In this document: positions 9,921 through 19,900 of the stretch, one piece after another
How positions within the stretch are numbered: the first letter of the stretch is position 1
How the letters are laid out: the number at the start of each line of letters is the position of its first letter
IMG/VR virus record: IMGVR_UViG_3300011008_000038
Span: 22,871-86,870 of that record
From: a virus
Taxonomy: Duplodnaviria; Caudoviricetes
Reading direction: 5' to 3' (one strand)
DNA length: 64,000 nucleotides
Notes under the pieces: model-generated
Database searches by the model: none
Told to the model about the DNA's origin: nothing
The model's input: only the letters and a program-made list of their open reading frames with translations
Program-made: the position numbers and the translations under genes

Positions 9921-11312
9921 TATTTTATATTATAAATAAAAATATTACAACACATCTACATATATGTAATCTTAAAAAATTACTGACGAGGAGATGTGTA
10001 TTAATATGTCATTATCACAATCTAAATTAGAACGTAATCGTGAATTATTAAAAAATTTTATTTATGATCAACCAATTGATCCTGCTTATAGCATACCATT
10101 TGGTTCCAAAGCTTTTGGATGCATATATTGTATTCTTAATAAAATTAATAAGAAACGCTATATTGGTGCAACATATGCTATATGGGTTGGAACAGCTCAT
10201 GAAGATCCAATTACACAAATTAAAAAACGTGCAACTGATTATTTATATGACTACAATAAAGCTATAAGTGAAACTAGTTCATCACAAAAAACTTTAAGAC
10301 CTATTATAGAAGCTATGGTTAAATATGGATTTGAAAATTTTATTATATATCCAATATGTGAAACTACTGAAGATACTCATTATGATTTAGAAAAATATTT
10401 TATTAGTTTATATAAAACATTAGATCCAAAATTTGGATATAATGTAGTATTTGGTGGAAATAGTATTAGAAAAATTGGAAGTAGAATGACTGCCGATTAT
10501 AAACGTACTAGATCAGATCCAATTATTTGTATTAATCTAAATGAGAAAAAAATTATATTTTCAGAATCTATGAAATTATTTGGTGATTACATGAATTCAA
10601 GTAAAGATATGATTAAGAATGTAAATCGTTCTGCATTATCATATAAGGGTTGGTTTGTATTTTATATTGATAAAGAAAAACGAGATTATATTCTGAATTC
10701 ACAATATGACCCAAAATTCAATCCAACTAGAAAACATTCTTCAGAAGCATTAGCTTTTTATACAGGTCTACATAATTCAGTGTCACATTATTTAGATAAA
10801 GATGATAAAACAAATAATGAATATTTTTCTGATTTTGAAGTATTACCAGAATTAAAATATTCAGATTAATATTTTTTATTTAGCTTAATATTTCTATTAA
10901 GATTGGACTATCTCTTCATCCTATAATATCAAATTATAGGAGGTTGGCACTACGAAATATAGTTTTCATTTCCATATTCCTCTCAATTGAAGCAGATTCA
11001 TTTCTGCTTCAATTTTTTAGTCTCTACATCTTCTCAATATTTTTTTTAAATATTGAGCTTGACACGGTATTACCAGCTATCTTATAAATAAAATAATTTA
11101 TAAGACCTCAGGTTCTCTTACGAAGTGTATTCGTTTGTTTAAATAGATGAATTGTCATAGGATTCATCCCAACTTATATAACTTCTACCGTTAGCAATAT
11201 AATCAACTATATATCACACCGCTTGTTAAGCGTTCACCAACTTTTTCTTATACTGTATTACTACAGTAGATGACCATGACCATTTTCATTGAAACATAGT
11301 ATCAAGGGGTTT
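9921..11312 (-). mobile_element. group I intron (IA-like), 1392 nt, in the RNAP catalytic codons
   Basis: P7 strands AGAGACUA (11018-11025) and UAGUCC (in 10905-10916), P4 ACGGU/ACCGU, P3 GUUGGU/GCCAAC, P9 hairpin with GAAA loop (10884-10901); IGS GUCAUGGUC (11272-11280) pairs with exon junction GACU|AUGAC. Confidence 0.9.
10006..10869 (+). CDS. GIY-YIG homing endonuclease, antisense within the intron
   Basis: GCIYCILNKINKKRYIGAT, YGFENF, LEKYFI, GYNV motifs; SD GAGGAG at 9988-9993. Confidence 0.88.
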   Translation: MSLSQSKLERNRELLKNFIYDQPIDPAYSIPFGSKAFGCIYCILNKINKKRYIGATYAIWVGTAHEDPITQIKKRATDYLYDYNKAISETSSSQKTLRPIIEAMVKYGFENFIIYPICETTEDTHYDLEKYFISLYKTLDPKFGYNVVFGGNSIRKIGSRMTADYKRTRSDPIICINLNEKKIIFSESMKLFGDYMNSSKDMIKNVNRSALSYKGWFVFYIDKEKRDYILNSQYDPKFNPTRKHSSEALAFYTGLHNSVSHYLDKDDKTNNEYFSDFEVLPELKYSD

Positions 11313-12783
11313 AGTCGCCTGACATAACTCGAAGATGAGACGAAGCAACCTTTAAAGTATCAATAAAATATTTTGCGACATCCTCATCTGAAAATTTATA
11401 ATCTTTTTCTAATCCAAAATATTTTGCAACATCTTCTGGAACATTAACATGTACTTTGGGATAATATTTATATTCTCCTCCATTGTATAAAATATGCTGA
11501 TGTTCTTTTGTTGTTTCAACATTTATTTTCGTAAAAAACATACCTTTATCAATTCCAACTGGATATCTAGAAACCATTACATGTCTATTTTTACATGTGT
11601 GATAACATGCTAAATACATGACATCACATACCGTTAGTGGTCTATTTAATTCTTTATAAACATTATTTGGTAAAATTTCTTTACCTTTAAATCTATAATA
11701 CACTTCAACAATTTCTTTCTTTCCATTAGCATATGTTTTTTGCATTTTCAACATTATTGGATCAAATCTACTATCTGCATTTAGAATGAAATTATTAATC
11801 ATCTTATTAATATTCTTATCGGAGAATTGTAATTCTGGATCCACAATTAATCCTTTAACCAATTCTTTTGTTTTCGGGTCAAAAAATTCACTCTCATATT
11901 GTTTGTTAATTAAAAATCTCATAAAGAAATCTTTAATATAAGCTTTTATGAATGGATGAAATGCAGAAGCACACTGTGAAATTGGAACTGCTGATTCTGC
12001 AAGACTTACCATAGAATCTGATATTCTTTCATGATTATATGAAGGAGCTGCAATAACTGATCTTACTCCCCAATCTGTTGATTTACCAAGTAATGATCTA
12101 CGAATAAGTCCTTGTTTAGTTGCCAATAACTCTTTAAAATAGTTAAATATATCAACTAACAATGATTGTATTTTTGATTGTGTTGCAAATTGTTTTCTTG
12201 CAAATAATCCACCTTGTTGAAGAAGTGCAACATTACGAATTACTGATGTGTATAAATTATTTAATTCATTTACATAATCTGAAGAATCTAATGTACCAGA
12301 AAGCATGATATCTCTATAAGAAGGTGGACAAACTAATAGTTTGTTTGTAAATACTAAATCTTTTGGCAATTTTGTAATTAGATCTTTATTAATTGTATCG
12401 GCAGATAAACTTACACTCCAATCAATCTTATCCCAATTATCATATAAATCATCTAAACCAGTCCACGCATCTGGACCAGAATCTTCTTGGATATAATTAT
12501 TTTTTATTGAAAATTTTTTCTGTCCTGAAACTAAATAAATTATATCTTTAAATAATCTATTCTTCATGACATTTTGATATATGTGTGGATGTAGAAAATG
12601 TCTTCTCAAATCAATATATGCATATGTTGATAGACGATCAGTTCTACTTAATCCAAATATTGAATTTGATAGAATACCTTCATCATCAAAAGTCATCTTT
12701 GTAGAAAACAGATGAGGAGATGATACTTCTTTTAATGAATTAACATCTACCAATTTATCAATATTTAATATTTCGATTTTCAA
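11313..12783 (-). CDS. rpoC: phage multisubunit RNA polymerase beta-prime, exon 1
   Basis: EGILSNSIFG, LLVCPP..RD, GLIRRSLLGKSTDWGVRSVI, VSRYP; ends MSGD just before the intron. Confidence 0.9.
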
Positions 12784-12819
12784 TTATAAAACCTTCTTTC
12801 TTAATTTATGGAAAATTAT

Positions 12820-12859
12820 TATATTAAGTGAGAGGTTCTAATACCTCTCACTTAATATA
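12820..12859. terminator. hairpin between co-directional genes
   Basis: 17-bp arms TATATTAAGTGAGAGGT / ACCTCTCACTTAATATA. Confidence 0.65.
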
Positions 12860-12874
12860 ATTTAAATATAATTA

Positions 12875-13333
12875 TTATTTTTTATTATGATATCCAAAAA
12901 CATGTTTTTCTATCAATGTACTAATCATGGAATTAATTTTTTCTTTTCCACCTAAAATTTCCAATGTTGATGAATTTTCATTTAATAATGAAGATGGTAA
13001 TGATTGTTCTACTAAACGTTTACAAGAATTTTGTAATTCTGTAATATCATCCATTTCTAATTTACCATTATTTCGTTCCTTTAATTTCTTTGCCAATTGC
13101 ATATTTGATGCTACAGCTGCTTCTACAGTGGAATCTAAGATTCCATAAACTTGTTGTCTAATTTGATTTTCTGATGATATTGCTACTAATTCTACTTTAG
13201 CTGCTATAATTCCTTTAATTTGTTTAACTATCTTTGTACCAATATATGATAATATTCCAAGAATACTTACCACTACTGGTATTCCAATTGCCTCCCAAAT
13301 ATTATTTAATATTAATTTCCAATCCATTAACAA
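12875..13333 (-). CDS. putative holin-like single-pass membrane protein
   Basis: One N-terminal hydrophobic helix (AIGIPVVVSILGILSYIG) followed by a helical soluble domain, resembling LL-H-type holins. Confidence 0.4.
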   Translation of the reverse strand: MLMDWKLILNNIWEAIGIPVVVSILGILSYIGTKIVKQIKGIIAAKVELVAISSENQIRQQVYGILDSTVEAAVASNMQLAKKLKERNNGKLEMDDITELQNSCKRLVEQSLPSSLLNENSSTLEILGGKEKINSMISTLIEKHVFGYHNKK

Positions 13334-13383
13334 TCATCCTTCCTAAATAATTATCATGATTTTAATAAATTGTCCTAAACTTC

Positions 13384-13396
13384 AATGATATATTAT
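13384..13396 (+). promoter_or_regulatory. candidate phage promoter motif AATGATATATTAT
   Basis: Exact copies on the coding strand upstream of genes at 13436, 25909, 7391(-) and 46213(-). Confidence 0.45.
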
Positions 13397-13435
13397 TAAT
13401 ATATAAATAATTTAAATCAAAGGAGATTTTTAAAA

Positions 13436-13918
13436 ATGAATTTACTTGATATTATTCATCATGCAACTTATGATCCAATTAATAATCCAATCGATACATG
13501 TATTAAAAATTTATTGGAATCTGACATGAGTGAGAAAGACATATTAGATTTCAAAACTAAATTGTTATTCCAATTATTAACTTCAATGACAAATGATAAA
13601 CTTTCTGAAGAATCAGAAGCCAAATTTAATAAAATTCATAAACAATTGAAAAGTATTAAATCTAGCATTGACGATTTACCAACAAAAAAGAAATATGATA
13701 AATTATTAAAAGACATCGATAAAAAATTTCCCAATTTTACTAAAATGGCCGAATGGCATGGATACATGCTTGGAAAGTATTATTATAGTAATTTATTGGA
13801 TGGAATTCCTGATCCTTACAAAAAGGAATTAAAAAATGATTTTAAAGATCTTGATAAAATGATAAATTTATTTGGTAAACCCGATACTGAGGATAATCAA
13901 CCAGTTATAGAAGTATAA
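13436..13918 (+). CDS. hypothetical protein
   Basis: ORF with SD AAGGAG, preceded by the promoter-like motif. Confidence 0.7.
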   Translation: MNLLDIIHHATYDPINNPIDTCIKNLLESDMSEKDILDFKTKLLFQLLTSMTNDKLSEESEAKFNKIHKQLKSIKSSIDDLPTKKKYDKLLKDIDKKFPNFTKMAEWHGYMLGKYYYSNLLDGIPDPYKKELKNDFKDLDKMINLFGKPDTEDNQPVIEV

Positions 13919-13978
13919 AAATAATATAGTCGGGAGGATATTGATTCCTCCCAACTATATTTAACTTATTATTATTTT

Positions 13979-16900
13979 TTAATCTAAATCATATTCTTTT
14001 TCTCTAATAATAATTCTAGCATTCTTTTCAACATTATCAATTCTTAAATAATTTGAATCTGTTATAAAATATGCAGCTTCTGATATATTTGTAACAAATT
14101 CTCCATATTCGTTAAACATTCTAACTACGTATCCATACCATTCATTATTACCAATGACAGATCTTTCACCTATTACATTATTTTCAATCTCTTCATTCCA
14201 AACTTCATTTAACATATCAACTATCATTTCATCTGTAATTGGTTTAAATCCAAATTGACTAAATGTCATATTTCTATCAGCAAATGGTTTAGCTTCTAAT
14301 GTTGGAGTATTTATTATTAAATATTGATATGTTGCTTCTGTTATTTGATCCAATGTATCAGTTTCTTCAACTCTAGTAAGTATATCTGTTTCATTATTTG
14401 TATTAATCGGATACTGTTTGAATTCTTCATTATCAACAGATACTTGTTTCCAAACTGGAGTTAATAAATACTCTTGCTCTTCTAAAGTATAATTATCTCC
14501 TTCTAAATTACCTGTTAAAGCATCATCTAAATATGTTGTTAGATTATATCTTAAATGAGGTCTATCATATTTTGTGAATTCTACTTCTAAAAAATTATCA
14601 CTAAAATATTCATTACTATCACGATTAATTTCAACAATTTCAAAATTACGTAATGATTGTAATCCGTGAAGTATTAATTTAGTTGGAGTTATTATTGTTA
14701 CTTCGTTATCTAATAATCTACCATTCATCCAAAACTCATAATATTTTTTATTTAATGGCTTATTCAGTTTTCCAGTTAAATCAATATATCCATTTGAAGG
14801 AACTAAATGCTGTGTATAAACTGATCTCATTGGATAAGGTACAACATGAAATTCTAATTTATCAAATGCTTTGTATAGATTCAAAAATGTTATATCAGTT
14901 CCACTTTCAGTTTCATTTACTAATAATGATGGTTTGCCAGTACTTGGATTTACCAGTGGATATCTGCCTTGTTCTGTCATCAAATAAATTCTATCTGAAG
15001 GAATTTGATAATCATCAATATGAATCGTTGGACTCATAATCCAATGGTCATCTATAAATGTATAAACTCTAGAAGTTTTTGATATGATAACTTCATACTC
15101 AATTGGCTCATATAAATCATACAGGCAAACTATTTTAATTTCTTCTGGTACAGGAGCTAATTTATTTGTTACATTATGAATATATCCATCTCCATAAACT
15201 TCTATCTTTTCTGTTACAAATTCAATATTAATTCTAGCACATTGTTTTTGAGATTGAGAATCTCTTTGATAACATTCGAATTGTAATGTAATATTTTCTT
15301 TAGGCGGATTCACAAAATGTAATGGTTTAAATGTTAAAATTCCACTACCATTATTTGACATATCAGCCGTTACTATACCAAATACATGTGTATCATAGAA
15401 TTGATTATAACACCAAACATTTCCATTTACAAATTCATCACCCGTTTTGGCAATAGCACAATTAACTATTTTTGTTTGAGTTTCAAATCCTCTATTAGTA
15501 GCTTTATCATCTTTAAATCTAATTTCAAACTTAGTTGTATCTGATAAATCTTCAAATCTATTAGCAGATTTATTAAATATTTTAATATCTTCTAAATGAA
15601 TTTCATTTCTATAGTGCATGTAATTAGCTAATTTAAAGTTAATTTCATATCCATAATCATTACCAAGAATGAACGTTTCTCTCTGTTCAAATGGTAATAA
15701 TTTTCTAATCTTAACTTTATTATTTGTATTTATTGAAATATTAATCGGATCAGTAATAACTTTATCTATTATTGATGATTTAATACTAATAGTAGCATTA
15801 CGTTTTAAATTTTCATTTTTCATTTGACTATACGCTGATTTGTTTAAATATAGTCTCATATCATAATTATGTATTTCATCATTATGGTATAATAAATCAA
15901 ATCCATAATCAAATGTTTCCAATGTCCATATATTAGTATCTGATAAATTTTCCCATCTTTTCAATGTATAATTATATACACTAAGATCAGATAATTTAAT
16001 TTGATGAATGTATGAATTGGTATCATAAAAATCAACATGAAATTTATTCCATTCATTATCAACAATAATCGGATCATCATAAATATATCTATTCGATCCA
16101 CTAAATGTTTTGATTCTGTATGCTGTTCTGTGTCCATCATAATTTGGATCATTTTCAATAATTATCCAATCATTAATATTTCCATCTTCCCATTCATCAG
16201 TATCATATGGTAATTTATCAAATACATATCCATTCATATTACTTCCATTATTACAAATTCTTTCTCTTTTTAAAAATTGAAATTCGTTTTTAAATGATTG
16301 ATTATTCGGAATTCTATCTTCATATGGAATAATTCCATCAATAGGTTCGATAACATTTTCAATTCGATTATATTCATGACCTTTATCGTATGAACTTCCA
16401 ATCAGCCAGTGAAATGTTGGATCACCGATTGATTTATTCCAGTCTATTGTTGGATATATAAATGATTTATTTCTGTCACCGATTGCCAAATCATCATATC
16501 GTTTTGCTATATATGTATATTCTTCTTTATCTGGACCATTTATTGCATATTTGGCAATTCCATCCGAAGTTAATTTATCATAATATCCATTATTATATTC
16601 ATCATCAATATTATTGACAGAATCTTTTATAACTGAACCAGCTATAATCGCAGGATTAGTTTTTTCAACCACAATTGATGTATCATCCGTATCTAATGAT
16701 TTAATTCCTTTAAATGGAGTAGAATCTAATTCTGATACTATTGCTTTCACATATGATTCAGATCCATCTATAAAAATATCTTGTCCAGTTGAATATCCTG
16801 CTCCTGGATCTATAATTGTAAAATCATTTATTTTATAAATAAAATAATCTTTTCCTGGAATATAAATTGAATTATTCTTGATATTCATTATTTTATTAGC

Positions 16901-19900
16901 TTTTATATAAATTTTATCTTTATTATCAGCATGACGAATTATAAAATCAGATGTTTGTTTTCCTCCAATAAATACTTCATATGAAGTATTCAAATCATAT
17001 GTATTATTTAAATCAAATCTAACTAAATCAGATTCATTATATTGATCATTAATATATTCATCGGAAGATTCATCCCATAATAACGTAAATAAGGATGATG
17101 TGATTTTTGATGATGAAATATTAACCATTAATTTTTTACCATTTCCAACTCTTGCTATAGTTTTGTATGATCCTGAAAGTTGATTTGGTAATGCATAATT
17201 CATAATTGGAGCTACCGAAATAACTTCTCCATTGGTATCGATTTTTCTAACTTGATATAATATTATATCATTCTCGTAATCTAATTGAACGATATCACCA
17301 ATTTTATATCCTGATCCACTATTTCCAATTGTTGAAGATTTAATATAATAATAAGGATTTAATAATTCAAACAAATCAGAATTTTTTTCTATATCTCTAT
17401 TTATTTTATCAATCTGATTTAATATCGGATTATATTCTTTTGACAATAATGGAATATTATTTATCACATATTCAATACTATTAATAATAGAATTGAATAA
17501 ATTATCAAATTCATCTTTATGTAAATCTTCAATATCCCAATTATAATAAATACGTAATTCATATGTAATATCTTTCAATATTGATATTAATTCTTCTCCA
17601 TTACTCCAATCAGTTCCATTATTGTAAAAATTACTTAAATTAGAATAATTATTTAAAAATCTCTCATGATAAAAATTATATTCCACAGTAGTTTTATTAT
17701 TAGTTTTAGCATACTCATAACTATCAGTAACCAATGATTCAATATTTGTTATGATACTATCAACATCAATATTATTTCTAATATCAATATATGTGTTACA
17801 CAATCTATTTATTCTTTCCAATGATCTAAATAATGTATCAACATAATCTACAGTATCCTGTTGAATATGATTTACACATTTCTCTTTAATAATATCCCAT
17901 TTATTTTTTATTACTGAAATTGAATTAAGTATAGATTCCAAATGTTTATTATTATATCGATTTGGATTTGAAAGATTCTTACCAATTTGATTTAATATAT
18001 TAATAATCTCACTAATATATGATTTAGCAAGACTATCGTCTGTATAATAAATATGCTCAACTGATAATGGTTTTACTAATATTCCAATACCATCACCATT
18101 TGTAATTCCTTCAAACAAATTTAAATTATCTTTAGGATTTAACAATTGCCAATTATAATAATTCAATGATTCAATTGTAGTAGCTCTTTGTATATTATCA
18201 CTTACTTCAGTAATTCTATAAAAACCTAAATTTGGAATAAATAATTCGTCACCAAATTTATGTAGTACTCCACCGCTAACTATTTCAATATCATTTATTT
18301 TATAAAAGTCACTATAATTTGGATGAGTATTAACTTCAAAAAATTCTTCATTAACTCTATTAAGATAATTAGCTAAGCTAATCAAAATATCATGATATGG
18401 TATTACATATGTAACAAACACATTAGTATCATTACTAATGGAATATATCCTATCAAATACTTCAAATTCATGATTAATAAATTCTTTCCATTTATTAGAT
18501 TCACTGATAGCATTTAATAATTCAGAGTTAGACCTTACACTATTATTTTTCCCAGCTATATATGATACATAATACAATATCTTATCAATATAATTTCTAA
18601 TATTATTATCAAATTCTTTTTCAGTATTTCCTAAATATAATGATTCAAATTCTTCCAAGATTGAATATACTAAATTAAATGAATCTATTAATTTAATTCT
18701 AGCTTCCATATATCTTTCAATATTGAATTGTAATAAATTAATAACATCATATGCATTGTCTAATTTTGTTAAGAGATCTTTATCTTCTTTTTGATCAAAA
18801 TATATCCAATATTTATTAATTTCTTTTGATAAATTATTTAAATCATTTTTAACTTCTGATACTGTATCAATGAAATCATTAATTTCTTCTTCTGTATATG
18901 ATTTATCTGGATCAAATTTTGCATGTAATAAAGATGTTGATTTGAATAATTTAGTACGTTTTTCTTTCACATCATGACCCCATGAATTTTCAAATTGGTT
19001 TATATATCCAATTAATGAAATATCATTTTCGCCAGTTTCTTTATTATAAACTTTATAAACACTTAATTCATTCATAATTCTCATAAAGTTATCAATATCG
19101 AAATTATTCATTATACTACAAATATTATCAACTTCATACGATACTTTATTCTCCAATGCAATTTGTAATCTATCCTGAATATCTTTTTTATTCTCACAAA
19201 CATCTTTACTTACAGAATCATTATGAATATCAGATAATAAAGTATTAATATCATTTACCAATGCTTCATGTATTTTAATGGAATTTATTAATGAATTAAT
19301 TTCTTCATGTCCATAAATTGCTAAGTCCAATTTATTAATATCATTTAACAATTTATCAGAATTAGATTGTATTATTGATAAATTATTTTTTAATCTAGTA
19401 TAAAATTCAATAATTAAATCATAATCTTCAATTAATAAATTATTTAGTATCCAATCAACATCAATTTCAAGATTTCCTATATGATTTTTAATATCATTTT
19501 GTAAATTAAAAATTATTGGTATAATTCTTTCAATATCAAATGAATAGTCCGGTCTATATAAAACATTTTCTTCAATAATTTTATTTGTATCTTGTAATGT
19601 AAATTCTGAATCAAAATACTGAGGACTCCATGTCTTATATAGATAATTTTCATATGCTGTTATTTTTTTATAATTCATAAAATTACTATTAATAGCTTCA
19701 TTCATTTTATCTACTGAATAATCAAAAGGAAATTCATTATTCGATGATTTTAAATAAGTAGCTAAACCCATTTTAAAATAAGGATCTGATGATTGAATAA
19801 ATAATTGATTAAATCGATTATATGATTTATTATCTATAATATATTCAATAGCTTCCCACCGATATTTTGTATTTAATATTCCTTTATAGATTGAACGTAC

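Noticed and set aside
11311-11313. TAA ending ORF 11311..12783 as a true stop of a split beta-prime
   Set aside because: It overlaps the group I 5' splice site and would leave the catalytic motif incomplete
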